Assembly: GCF_964213995.1 (NCBI RefSeq) | Contig: NW_027590213.1 | Span: 248,001-312,000 of the forward strand | Source of the DNA: Mustelus asterias | Taxonomy: Eukaryota | Reading direction: 5' to 3' | Length of the DNA stretch: 64,000 nt | Part shown: positions 35,326 to 48,284 of the stretch, one piece after another | Layout of the letters: every line of letters begins with the position of its first letter | Position numbering within the stretch: the stretch's first letter is position 1 | Translations under genes and position numbers: made by a program | The notes under the pieces: model-generated | The model's input: only the letters and a program-made list of their open reading frames with translations | Database searches by the model: none | What the model was told of the DNA's origin: nothing

Positions 35326-38300
35326 AACAAAGAACAATACAGTACAGGAACAGGCCCTTCGGCCCTCCAAGCCCGCGCCGCTCCCTAGTCCAAACTAGAC
35401 CATTCTTTTGTATCCCTCCATTCCCACTCCGTTCATGTGGCTATCTAGATAAGTCTTAAACGTTCCCAGTGTGCCCGCCTCCACCACCTTGCCTGGCAGC
35501 GCATTCCAGGCCCCCACCACCCTCTGTGTAAAATATGTCCTTCTGATATCCGTGTTAAACCTCCCCCCCCCCCACCCCCCGCCTCACCTTGAACCTATGA
35601 CCCCTCGTGAACGTCACCACCGACCTGGGAAAAAGCTTCCCACCGTTCACCCTATCTATGTCTTTCATAATTTTAGACACCTCTATTAGGTCTCCCCTCA
35701 TCCTCCGTCTTTCCAGTGAGAACAACCCCAGTTTACCCAATCTCTCCTCATAACTAAGCCCCACCAAACCAGGCAACATCCTGGTAAACCTCCTCTGCAC
35801 TCTCTCTAAAGTCTCCACGTCCTTCTGGTAGTGTGGCGACCAGAACTAGATGCAGTATTCCAAATGCGGCCGAACCAACGTTCTATGCATCTGCAACATC
35901 AGACCCTAACCTTTATACTCTATGCCCCGTCCTATAAAGGCCAGCATGCCATATGCCTTCTTCACCACCTTCTCCACCTGTGACGTCACCTTCAAGGATC
36001 TGTGGACTTGCACACCCAGGTCCCTCTGCGTATCTACACCCTTTATGGTTCTGCCATTTATCGTAAAGCTCCCCCCTACATTAGCTCTACCAAAATGCAT
36101 CACTTCGCATTTATCAGGATTGAACTCCATCTGCCTTTCTTTGCCCAAATTTCCAGCCGATCTATATCCATCTGTAGCCTCTGACAATGTTCCTCATTAT
36201 CCCCAATTCCAGCCAATTTCGTGTCGTCTGCAAACTTACTGATCACCCCAGTTACACCTTCTTTCAGATCGTTTATGTAAATCACAAACAGCAGAGGTCC
36301 CAATACAGAGCCCTGCGGAACACGACTAGTCACAGGCCTCCAGCCGGAAAAGACCCTTCCACTACCACCCTCTGTCTTCTGTGACCAAGCCAGTTCTCCA
36401 CCCATCTAGCCACCTCCCTCTTTATCCCATGAAATCCAACCTTTTGCACCAACCTACCATGAGGGACTTTGTCAAACGCTTTATAAAGTCCATATAGACG
36501 ACATCCACGGCCCTTCCCTCGTCAACGATTCTAGTCACTTCTTCAAAAAACTCCACCAGGTTAGTGAGCATGACCTTCCTCTCACTAAACCATGCTGACT
36601 ATCGTTAATGTGTTTATTCCTTTCTAAATGCGCATACATCCTATCTCTAAGAATCCTCTCCAACAACTTCCCTACCACTGACTTCAAGCTCACTGGCCAA
36701 TAATTAACTGGGTTATCCTTCCTACCCTTCTTAAATAACGGGACCACATTAGCTATCCTCCAATCCTCTGGGACCTCACCTTTGTCCAGTGACGAGACAA
36801 AGATTTGCGTCAGAGGCCCAGCGATTTCAACTCTCGTCTCCCTGAGCAGCCTTGGAGAGATTCCATCAGGCCCTGGGGATTTGCCAGTCTTTGTATTCTC
36901 TAAAAAACCTAACACTTCCTCCCTTGTAATGGAGATTTTCTCTAATGGTTCAACACTCCCCTCCGAGACACTCCCAGTCAACACATCCCTCGCCTTTGTG
37001 AATACCGATGCAAAATATTCATTTAGGATCTCCCCTACTTCTTTGGGCTCTAAGCATAATTCCCCACTTTTGTCCCTGAGATGTCTGATTTTTTTCCCTG
37101 ACAACCCTTTTGTTCCTAACGTATGAATAAAATGCCTTGGGATTCTCCTTAATCCTGTCTGCCAATAACATTTCGTGACCCCTTTTTGCCCTTCTAATTC
37201 CTCATTTGAGTTCTTTCCCACTTTCTTTGTGTTCCTCCAGAGCTCCCTCCGTTTTTAGCTGCCTGAACCTAACATACGCCTCTCTTTTCTTTTTGACCAG
37301 TCCCTCAATTACCCTCTTTATCTGCGGTTCTCGAATTTTACCCTTCCTATCCTTCTTTTTTACAGGCACATGCCTATCCTGCAGCCCTAACAACTGTTCC
37401 TTAAAAGACTCCCACATGCCAGATGTGGATTTACCCTCAAACAGCCTCTCCCAATCAACAACTGCCAATATCTGCCGAATCCCACTAAAGTTAGCCTACC
37501 CCGAATTCACACCTTACCCTTGGGACACCACTCATCCTTTTCCATCGCTATCCTAAAACTAACAGAGTTGTGGGCACTATTTGCCACATGTTCCCCGACT
37601 GAAATTTGAAGACCTGACCGGGCTCATTCCCCAGTACTAGGTACAGTGTAGCCCCCTCTCTAGTCGGGCTATCTACATATTGTTCCAAAGAACCTTCCTG
37701 TACGCATTTTACAAATTCCTCCCCATTCAGAGTCCCAGTTCTAAGCGATTTCCAGTCTATACCAGGGAAACTGAAGTCTCCCACTACAACAACCCTATTT
37801 TTCCTGCACCTATCCAGTATCTCCTGACATATCTGTTCTTCCACTTCCCTTGGGCTCTTGGGGGGCCTGTAGTATGCCCCCAACATAGTGGATGCGCCCT
37901 TCCTTGTTCTGAGCTCCACACACAGTGACTCGTTATACGAGCCCTCTGAATTGTCCTCCCTCTGCATCGCTGTAATATGTTGTCTAACGAATACTGCTAC
38001 TCCCCCACCTCTGTTGGCCCCTCCTCTGTCTCACCTAAAACACTTGTACCCCGGAATATTCAGCTGCCAGTCCTGTCCCTCTTTCAACCAAGTCTCTGTC
38101 ACCGCAACTACATCCAAATTCCTCGTAAGCATTAAGGCCCTACGTTCGTCTGCCTTACCTGCTACGCTCCTTGCATTGAAGTAGATGCACTCCAGACCTC
38201 CAGGCCCAGTGAGGTCATCCTCCCCCAGAGTGATCTTCTGCTTTCCCAGCCTTGTCCTGGCCCCAAGCTCGCCTCCAGCCTCTACACTTGTAGACCTAAT

Positions 38301-39040
38301 TTTTTGATCCCCACCCCCCTGCCATATTAGTTTAAACCCACCCGAACTGCACTAGCAAAATTCCCAGCCAGGATATTCGTGCCCTTCCAATTTAGTTGTG
38401 ACCCGTCCTTCTTGTACAGGTGCCATCCTCTCTTGAAAAATTCCCAATGATCCAGGAAAATGAAGCCCTCCCTCCTGGACCAGTCCTTTAGCCAAGCGTT
38501 CAATTGTACTAACTCCCTATTCCTAGCCTCATTGGCACGAGGCATTGGGAGCAGCCCAGATATTGCCACCCTAGGGGCCCTACCTTTTCGCCTATTTCCC
38601 AACTCCCTGAATTGCTCTCGTAGGATCCCCCTGCTCTTCCTCTCTATGTCTTTTGCACCAATGTGTACAACGACATCCGTTTCTTTATCATCCCCTTTTA
38701 ATATGCCTCCTATCCGCTCGGAGACATCCAGTACCCCAACACCAGGTAGGCAGACTACCATCCTAGAGTCCCGTTCGCACCCACAGAATCACCTGTCCGT
38801 GCCTCTAACCGACGCGTCCCCTACCACTATTGCTCTCCTAATTCCTCTCTTTCCTTTCTGGGCCACAGAGCCTGACTCTGTGCCAGTGACCTCGTCACTG
38901 TAGCTTACCCCTGGAGAGTCATCTTCCTCCACAGTATCCAAAACAAGATACTTGTTTTGGCGGGGGACAACCACAGGTGACCCCTCCACTAATTGCTCAC
39001 TAAGAGCTGAGTCCTTCCTGCTATGAGAGACAAACACTGA
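35326..39040 (-). mobile_element. Near full-length decayed CR1 LINE (ORF1 SGNH-esterase-like + ORF2 EN/RT), nested in an older + strand CR1
   Basis: ORF1: AIVVGDASVRG, VVCLPG, VVVHIG, YKKDG..LN..G. ORF2: [39 protein letters not shown]. The host element breaks at gtcagaagctttttt (35325) and resumes at agggtggaagagtc (~39041-39405). Confidence 0.92.
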
Positions 39041-40189
39041 AGGGTGGAAGAGTCAATTACTAGGGGGCATAGGTTTAAGATGCGATGGGCAAGTTTTAAA
39101 AGAGGAGTACGAGGCGAGTTTTTTCACACTGAAGGCGGTGGGTGCCTGGAATTCGCTGCTTGGGAAGGTAGTGGAAGCAGATACAATTGTTAGTTTTAAA
39201 GGGCGTCTGGACAAATACATGAATAGGATGGAAATAGAGGGATATGGTTCCCGGAAGGATAGGGGGTTTTAGTTCAGTCGGGTAGCATGGTCGGTGCAGG
39301 CTTGGGAAGGGGGGTGGGGGGAGGGCGGGGGTGGGGGCGGGGGCGGGGGGGCGGGGGCGGCGAAGGCCCTGTTTCTGTGCTGTAATTTTTTGTACTTTGT
39401 TCTTTGTGCTGGAATGGCTATCGAGCGAATGAACCGCAGCCCTGAGACCAGGGGCTTCAAACCTGTGGACTTTCAATTGTTGGACTTCAAGAAATAAATT
39501 GGCTCCATTTGGCGGGATCTGCCATGGGGAGCTGGTATCCTCATGATGGGCTGAGTGGCCTCCATTTGTGCTGCGCGACTACAAGAGCTCTCTGTCAACC
39601 AAACCAAATGCATGTCTTGCCATCACGTTAACAAAGAGACAGAAGACACCCTTCATTAAAGACTGCAAATTTATTCAATATTATAAGCGATGCATATGAA
39701 AAAATAACAAGGTGGCAGATAGGCACAAAGGTGTTATTAACGAACCAGAAGAGCACAGGACGGAGGAGCAGAAGTAGACCATTCGGCCCACCGGAGCTGC
39801 TTCGCCTTTCAATGAAATCATGGTTGGTTTGATATTATCCTCAACTCCACTTTACCACCTTAGCCCCATAACTCTCGCTTCCCCTGACTAACCGGATGAT
39901 CTTAAATGTGTACGAATGTCCCATCTGTAAAATAACCTGAGAGCAATAACCTGATTTTAGGCTAAGCTCATGGCGAGATGTTCAAAAACTCTTGTTCATC
40001 TTACTTGTGAAATGCCGTGTCATGATAAAGCTCTGCACGGTGGCAAGTGGTGGCTCGATTATCTCTAAGGGCCCAGATGCACAGGCTGGGGTTTGGTGCC
40101 TCCGTGGCACTGGGAGGAAAATCTGGAGTCCAAGATTAAGTACGGGAGAGAGAATATCTCCTTGGCAACAATCTAAAAGTTTGATGAAA

Positions 40190-40752
40190 ATCCAATCAGA
40201 TCCTTGCTGATTTAATGTATCTTACGCTCTTAAATTGCATGCATTAAAATACAATGTTTAAAATAACTACCAGAGTAAAACAACCAAAAGGAACATGTGA
40301 GGTGCCATTACCTAGATTGCCCTGTAAAGGGCTGCCATTGTCACTATGGGCTGAGTGGCTGCTTTCTCCGGAATAGGATTCTACTATTCTAAGCAAAGAA
40401 TATAAAAATCGAAGTTCTATACGTCCTAAAATTGAAAATGCTGTTTTCAAAAATGTCTCCGACACTAATGCAGGCAGACACCATGTCAATGCTAGCTCCA
40501 CGCTGTTGCTGAAATGCATAATTGAAATGTTTATGTAGCATAAGCAGTAGAATTCACGCAGAACCACGAATTTCAAATCAAAATAACAGTGGAAAAAAGT
40601 GACCGAAAAGAGGATCTTTTAAAGTTAAGTCGCCATTTAAAACAAGCGAGATTGAATTGCTTGAAGCGGAACTTCTGATCAGGAAGCCTCTGGATTTTGA
40701 TACCCCAGTCAATGAGTTCACACCTGAATCCATTTCATCGTCCAATGCAGTT
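40190..40752 (-). other. TRDC: TCR delta constant exon 4 (3' UTR), predicted
   Basis: Exon 3 ends TGA-G|GTAAG, which implies a further exon. Acceptor ttgctccttccattccaaaCAG at 40753-40755. Poly(A) signal ATTAAA 40211-40216 or AATAAA 39670-39675, so the 3' end is uncertain. Confidence 0.6.
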
Positions 40753-41325
40753 CTGTTTGGAATGGAAGGAGCAACAGTAGTAGCACATCAAAGAGTCAGC
40801 AAGCAAAGAACACCTTGTATCTTTAGGGTCTCCATTAACATTCTCCAATAATATTCTCAGAAGCCACTGCAATTGCACAAGAACCCCGACAGTGCAGAAG
40901 GATGCGATTTGGCCCATAGAGTCTGCACCGACTCTCCGAAAGAGCCACGCAGCTCAAGACCAAGGGATGGGCGGAAAAAGTTAGGCTAGTCAGTGACACC
41001 CATAATTAAACAATAATCTGGAGAGGTTTAAGAAGTCAAGGCTGCGATTGGGAGCGGGGGTTGGCGGGCGGGGGCGGGGGGGGGGCGGGGGGGGGGCGGC
41101 GGGGGCGGGGGGGGGGCGGTGGTGCGGTGGCAAGGGAGGGATGAAAAGCGATGAGGATGGGGCACTGGAGTAAGAGTTCGTTTGTCTAAATGCATCCAAG
41201 TTAATGCTCACTCCACGGGTTAGTTTCAGCGTCTGCCTTAACAGTGGCCTCGCGAGATCCCGTCAATGGTCATTGTTCATCACAGTTTGTCTTTCTTGGC
41301 ATGCATTCAGGTGACCGACCTTACC

Positions 41326-41435
41326 TCAAAATAGCCACACCCTGGCCGTCATCATGACATTGAAGACAATGCTCTTGAAAAACAAAATTCTTAGCCCCAT
41401 CACCGTCAAAGACAGAAAGTTCACCCTCAGTCGAT
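41326..41435 (-). CDS. TRDC: TCR delta constant exon 3 (connecting peptide/TM/cytoplasmic)
   Basis: ttatttggCAG|...TGAG|GTAAG; DRLRVNFLSLTVMGLRILFFKSIVFNVMMTARVWLF*. Carries the alpha/delta-type TM Arg and Lys and the FN..MT motif. Confidence 0.95.
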
Positions 41436-41873
41436 CTGCCAAATAAGAGAAACAAATGATAGATCTGGTTAATGGATATATCATTTTGAATTGAAAAACA
41501 ACTGTATACCACTAATGTGATATTTTTTCCATTATCTAACAGCTTGGCTTTCGTCCGTCTGTCCATCCCTGTCCTTCCGTCCGTCTGTCCATCTCTGTCT
41601 GTCCGTCCGCCCGTCTGCCTGCCTGTCTATCTATCTTCACCTCTCTTTCACTCTGAATTTCTCTCTCTCTCTCCCCGCCTCTCCTCCTCTCTCGCTTTCC
41701 CCCTCGATTTATATATCTCTCTCCCTCACTCTGTGTGACAATCTATATTTCTCCCCATCTCACTATATGTCTATCATTCGATCTCCGGGTCTGTATCCGT
41801 GCCTATTTGTCCACTTATCAATCTGTCTATTTGCAAGTATTTTACTTTGATAAATGTTGAATAAAGCACATAC

Positions 41874-41936
41874 CGTTTTCCGTGTCAGTTGATTCTGTCA
41901 AGGGATCATTTCGACCTGTAGGGCATTTAGGTTTAC
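41874..41936 (-). CDS. TRDC: TCR delta constant exon 2 (hinge with interchain Cys)
   Basis: ttttttgcccttcCAG|63 nt|GTATGT; phase 1-1; GKPKCPTGRNDPLTESTDTEN. Confidence 0.9.
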
Positions 41937-42419
41937 CTGGAAGGGCAAAAAAGACATTTGACTTATTAAGCAAGCAAGTGACATTACTGTAACCATGTTT
42001 GTTCTCAATGTCATTTTGAATAATGTTGTTGTCATAACCAAAAGCCACGAAGAAAGTAAGAATCAAACAGCACGATTGGACTTGTTCACTTGATTATTCA
42101 CAACGGAGAAACATTGGTAGCTCTGCCGTTTAGTTCGGCCCAGATCTGAGTTCAAAGAGTGCAGGATCGATTCCCCATCAGGGATTAAAACCCAGGATCC
42201 AGGGCCGTTCCATCAGTGCAGTATTTCACTGTCTTCCGAAAACGTCGTGAAACGGAGGCCTGATTTGAGCTCTGCAGTGGATTAAATGATATCAGGGCAT
42301 TTCTCCAGAGGAGCGGGGTTCTCCAGTACCCTGGTTAGTATTTAATACTTCCCTAAACTCGGTGATGCACCAGTAGCTGCGGCTCCTGGACACTGCCCTG
42401 AATTATAATAGTTAGCTCT

Positions 42420-44200
42420 TATTATTTTTATTCATTTACGGAATGTGGACATCGCTGACAGGTCAGCATTTATTGCCAATCCCTAATTGCCCCCTTCAGA
42501 AGGTGGTTGTGAGTCTCCTGCTTGAACCTCTGCAGTCTGTCAGGTGGACGTACACACACAGTGCTGTTAGGGAAGAAGTTCCACCATTTTGACGCAGCGA
42601 CAGTGAAGGAAATGCCGAAACATTTCCAAGTCAGGATGCTGAGTGACATGGAGGGTAACGTCCAGATGATGGCGTTCCCAGGTATCTGCTGCCCTTGTCC
42701 TCCGAGATGATAACGGTCGTGAGTTTGGAAGATTCAGCGGAAGGAGACTTGGAGAGTTACTGCTGTGTATATTGTGGATGGCACACACTGCTGCCACTGT
42801 GCATCGGTGGTGGAAGAAGTGGATGTTTGTGAATGGAGTACTTAATGCTAGAACGGCACAGTGGCACAGTGGTTAGTACTGCTGCAACCCCCCTCACCCC
42901 CTCCCCGCCCGCCGCCACTCCCCCACCCCCCCCCACCTCCCCGCCCACAGCGTCAGGGACCTGTGTTCGATTCCCGGCTTGGGTGATTGTCTGTGCAGAG
43001 TCTGCACGTTTTCCCCGTGTCAGCGTGGGTTTGATCCGGGTGCTCCGGTTTCCTCCCACAGTCCGAAAGACGTGCTGATTAGATGCATTGGCCGTGCTAA
43101 ATTCCCCCTCAGTGTACCCGAACAGGCACAGAGTGTGGCGACTATGGGATTTTCACAATAACTTCATTGCAGTTTTAATGTAAGCCTACTTGTGACACTA
43201 ATAAACAAACTGTTAATCAAGCGGAGCTGCTTTGTCCTGGGTCGTGTCAAATTTCTGAGTGTTGTTGGAGCTGCATTCAACGAGGCAAGTGGCGAATACA
43301 CTACCACAGTCATGATTATGTCTTGTGGATGGTGCAGAGAATTTGGGGGATGAGGAGATACGTTACTCACCACAGGATTCCCAATCTCCGACATTCTCTT
43401 GCAGCCACAGCACTTATATGGATAGTCCAGTTCAGTTTCTGAGCAACGTTAACCCTCAGGATGTTGATAGTGGGGGTTGACCTGATAGAAGTCTACAGGA
43501 TTATGAGAGGCATGGACAGAGTGGATAGTCAGAAGCTTTTTCCCAGGGTGGAAGAGTCAATTACTCGGGGGCATAGGTTTAAGGTGTGAGGGGCGAGGTT
43601 TACAGGAGACGTACAAGGCAGATTTGTTACACAGAAGGTGGTGCGTGCCTGGAACTCGCTGCCGGGTGAGGTAGTGGAAGGAGATACGATCGTGAGTTTT
43701 AAGGGACACCTGGACAAATACATGAATAAGATGGGAATAGAGCGATATAGTCCCCGGAAGGGAAAGGGGTTTTAGTTAAGTCGGGCAGCATAGTCGGTGC
43801 AGGTTTGGAGGGCCGAAGGACCTGTTCCTGTGCTGTAATTTTCTTTGTTCTTTGTTCATTGTTTCAGTCATGGTAATGCCATTACATGTCAAGAGCCGGT
43901 TGTTAGCTTCTTTCCTGTTGGAGTTGGTCATTGCCTGGAACATGTGTGGCGCAAATGTTACTTGCAGCTTGTCAGTCAAAGCCTAGGTATTGTCCAGCTA
44001 TTGGTGCATTTGTAATGCACTACTTCAAGATCTGAGGTGTCATGAATGGTGCTGAAAATTATTCAGTCATCAGCGAACATCCCAACTTCTGACCTTACAA
44101 TGGATTGAAGGTGATTGATGAAGCAAATGAAGCTGGTTAGGCCTGAGACACTGAGGAACTCCTGCAGTGAGGTCCCCAGACTAGGATAATTGACAGTCAA
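42420..44200 (-). mobile_element. Decayed CR1-superfamily LINE, interrupted by a SINE and a CR1 3' end
   Basis: Remnant DKLQVTFAPH.FQAMTNS...LTCNGIT is typical of the post-RT region. A + strand CR1 3' end lies at ~43475-43857. Confidence 0.6.
42854..43210 (+). mobile_element. HE1-type SINE with a C-rich expansion in the head
   Basis: ggcacagtggcacagtggttagtactgctgc...; tail cttgtgacactaataaa. Confidence 0.85.
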
Positions 44201-44651
44201 TCATTAGTCAGCTAACCTTTCAAAAAGACTACACTTTGAGTGACGATGACACCGAGAGTCCTTCGGTCGTTAAGAGGATGGATAATATTTAGTGCAAGTT
44301 CTTCCTGTCATAAAACATTCTCAGAGGAGGCAGTGGCGCAGTGGCATTGTCACTGGACTGGTAATCCAACGACCCAGAATGCTGACCTGGGGATGGCAGC
44401 TGCGAAATTTGAACATTTTTTTAAAAATTGGAATTAAAAGTTTCATGATGACCCTGAAACCATTGTCGATTATCGTTAAAACTCACTGGTTCACTAACTT
44501 CCTTTAGCGAACGAAATCTGCCGTCCTTACATGGTCTGGCCGGCAAGTGACTCTTAAATGTCCTCTGCTGAAGGGCAATTTAGGACGGGCAATAAATGTT
44601 GGCCAAGCCAACGACACCCACATCACGTGAACGAAAATAAAATAAACTTAC

Positions 44652-44963
44652 CAATTTCAGCTGTGGGCGGGATGTTTACTGAGTAATTTCGATTATCGTG
44701 AAATGCCTTGCACGTGATGTTTGGCGATTCCTCGGATTGGGTGAAAGAGAGAAAACCCGAGCTCCTGTAATTCCCGCCCTCCAATAGGACACTGGGTCTT
44801 GTCACATTGGCCTCCTGGCCCGATCCCGTGTACAGGGAGAGCTTGATTGTCTTGGGCGAGAAGTCCGAGGCCAAGCAAACTGCAGCTGTGTCGATGCCGG
44901 TGGCTCCCCGTGGCACTGGCGGGTAAAAGACGCTCAATTTTGGTTCTACCGGGCCTTTCGCCT
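44652..44963 (-). CDS. TRDC: TCR delta constant exon 1 (Ig C1 domain)
   Basis: ttttCAG|312 nt|GTAAG, phase 1-1; AKGPVEPKLSVFYPP...AAVCLASDFSPKTI...GNYRSSGFL...NITCKAFHDN. Both Ig cysteines are present and the exon is in frame with the J donors. Confidence 0.93.
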
Positions 44964-45173
44964 CTGAAAATTTAATAAATAAAAGGAAATAATCAGAATC
45001 CAACAGAGTGACCTCCTCAAACCTGCTGAGCCATTCGATTAGACCCGCATTTTTTCTGTGTCTTAACCCTATGTGAGTTTCTCCATGAATTTACCGAATG
45101 CTGAGACTGGATAATTAGGGCTTTTTCGCTTGGCACAGAGAAGGCTGAGGAGTGACGCCTCTCTTTCTCTCTC

Positions 45174-45210
<37 letters not shown>

Positions 45211-45359
45211 TTCACACACTCACATGCACACGCACACATGCCCAGGCATATAAGCAGATAGACGGACATGCATAGACACATATGCACACAAACGCACACA
45301 CACATACACACACACGCGCGCGCACACATATACATACACACACACACACACACGGGTGA

Positions 45360-46122
45360 ACATAGAAACATAGGTCAGTACAGCACAGAACAGGCCCTTC
45401 GGCCCGCGATGTTGTGCCGAGCTTTATCTGAAACCAAGATCAAGCTATCCCACTCCCTATCATCCTGGTGTGCTCCATGTGCCTATCCAATAACCGCTTA
45501 AATGTTCCTAAAGTGTCTGACTCCACTATCACTGCAGGCAGTCCATTCCACATCCCAACCACTCTCTGCGTAAAGAACCTACCTCTGATATCCTTCCTAT
45601 ATCTCCCACCACGAACCCTATAGTTATGCCCCCTTGTAATAGCTCCATCCACCCGAGAAAATAGTCTTTGAACGTTCACTCTATCTATCCCCTTCATCAT
45701 TTTATAAACCTCTATTAAGTCTCCCCTCAGCCTCCTCCGCTCCAGAGAGAACAGCCCTAGCTCCCTCAACCTTTCCTCATAAGACCTACCCTCCAAACCA
45801 GGTAGCATCCTGGTAAATCTCCTCTGCACTCTTTCCAGCGCTTCCACATCCTTCTTATAGTGAGGTGACCAGAACTGCACACAATATTCCAAATGTGGTC
45901 TCACCAAGGTCCTGTACAGTTGCAGCATAACCCCACGGCTCTTAAACTCCACACACTATAGGCCTTCTTCACAGCTCTATCCACTTGAGTGGCAACCTTT
46001 AGAGATCTGTGGATATGGACCCCAAGATCTCTCTGTTCCTCCACAGTCTTCAGAACCGTACCTTTGACCCCGTAATCCACATTTAAATTAGTCCTACCAA
46101 AATGAATCACCTCACATTTATC
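45360..46122 (-). mobile_element. CR1 LINE 3' portion (young)
   Basis: PDKCEVIHFG...RPHLEYCVQFWSPHYKKD...WNGLP; tail tatgtttctatg. Confidence 0.92.
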
Positions 46123-47775
46123 AGGTGAGATCCTAAATGAATATTTCTCATCAGTCTTTACTGTTGAGAAAAGCATGTTTGTTAGGGAACTTGGGGAAAT
46201 AAATAGTGATGTCTTAAGGAGTGTACATATAACAGAGAAAGAGGTGCTGGAAGTCTTAAAGCGCATTGAGGTAGATAAATCCCCGGGAACTGATGAAGTG
46301 TATCCCAGGATATTGTGGGAGGCTAGGGAGGAATTTGCGGGTTCCCGAGCAGAGATATTTAAATCATTGTTAGTCATAGGTGAGGTGCCTGAAGATTGGA
46401 GGGTGGCAAATGTTGTGCCTTTGTTTAAAAAGGGCTGCAGGGAAAAGCCTGGGAACTACAGGCCAGTGAGTCTCACATCTGTGGTGGGTAAGTTGTTGGA
46501 ACGTATTTTGAGAGACAGGATCTACAGGCATTTAGAAATGCAAGGACTGATTCGGGACAGTCAGCATGGCCTTGTGAGTTTGAGTTTTTGAAGGGATAGC
46601 CAAGAAGGCAGTTGATGTTGTCTCCATGGAAGTTGGCATGGCCTTTGACAAGTTTCCTCATGGTAGGTTGATTGTAAGGTTAAATCTCACAGGATCCAGC
46701 GTGAGGAAGCCAAATGGATACAAAATTGGCTTGATCACAGAAGCCAGAGGGTGGTTGTAGATGTTGTTTTTCAAACTGGAGGCCTGTGACCAGCGGAGTG
46801 CCTCAGGGATCAGTGTTGGGTCCAATGTTATTTGTCATCTATATTAATGATTTGGATGAAAATATAGGAGGCATGGTTGGTAAGTTTGCAGGTGACACCA
46901 AGATTTGTGGCATAGTGGACAGTGCGGAAGGTTATTTCGGTTTGCAATGGGATCTTGATCAATTGGGCCAGTGGGCTGACGAGTGGCAGACAGAGTTTTA
47001 TTCAGACAAATGCGAGGTGAGGCATTTTGGTAGATTGAACCAGGGCAGGACTCACTCAGTTAATGGTAGGGCGTTGGGGAGACATACAGAACAAAGAGAT
47101 CTAGGGGTGCACGTTCATAGCTCCTTGAAAGTGGCGTCACAGGTGGACAGATTGGTGAAGACGGCATTCAGCATGCTTGATTTCAATGGATATCGGAGTT
47201 GGGACGTCTTGTTGAAGTTGTACAAGACATTGTTAAGGCCACACTTTGAATACTGTGTACAGTTCTGATCACCCTATTATAGAAATGATATGATTAAACT
47301 AGAAAGAGTGCAGAAAAGATTTTCCAGGATGCTACTGGGACTTGATGGTTTGAGTTATAAGGAGAGGCTGGATAGACTGGGACTTTTTTCTCTGAGGGGG
47401 CTGAGAGGTGATCTCATAGAGGTCTATAAAATAATGAGGGGCATAGATCAGTCAGATAGTCAAAGGTAGGGGAGTCTGCAACTAGAGGGCATAGGTTTAA
47501 GGTGAGAGGGAGAGATACAAAAGTGTCCACAGGGGCATTTCTTTCACACAGAGGGTGGTGAGTGTCCGGAACAAGCTGCCAGAGGTAGTAGTAGAGGCAG
47601 GTACAATTTTGTCTTTTAAAAAGCATTTGGACAGTTACATGGGTACGATGGGTTTAGAGGGATATGGGCCAAATGCAGGCAATTGGGGCGAGCTTAGGGT
47701 TTATGAAAAAGGCGCCATGAAAAAGTTGGGCCAAAGGGCCTGTTTCCAAGTTGTAAACCTCTATGATTCTATGAC
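46123..47775 (+). mobile_element. CR1 LINE, 5'-truncated and decayed
   Basis: [40 protein letters not shown]; tail ctatgattctatga. Confidence 0.9.
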
Positions 47776-47821
47776 GCTATGACACACACATGCATCTGGA
47801 AGCATGCATACCCCCGCCCCG

Positions 47822-47852
<31 letters not shown>

Positions 47853-48249
47853 ACTGAGACATTGAGAGACACACACACCCAGCACCACACACAAACACAG
47901 AGAGACTGGATTTGGGGACCAAATAAAATATTTCCAATCTTGCTGATGAGCACAACTAATGGTGAGGAGGATACAAGGAGGACTTGAAGGGAATTGGGAT
48001 AGGCTGAGTAAATGGGCAAGAACATGGCAGATGAAATAAAACTGAATATGTGTGAAGTTATCCATTCTGGCAGAAAGAAAAGACATCAGAAAGGCAGAGT
48101 ATTTCCTAAACAGTGCGAGATTGGACAGGGTTGTTGCCAGAGAGAGCTGGATGTCCTTGTTCATGGGTCAGTAAAAATTAGCATGTAGGCACAGCAAGAC
48201 ATGTGGAAGGCAAATGCTACATATTTGTGGAATCTAATAGGAGCGCGAG

Positions 48250-48284
<35 letters not shown>

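Noticed and set aside
44652-44963. Assignment as TCR alpha, beta, gamma or Ig constant
   Set aside because: A linked 12/23 D excludes alpha and gamma; a TM with both Arg and Lys excludes beta, gamma and Ig.
44623-45003. 126-aa ORF as a stand-alone gene
   Set aside because: It is C exon 1 plus intronic flanks.
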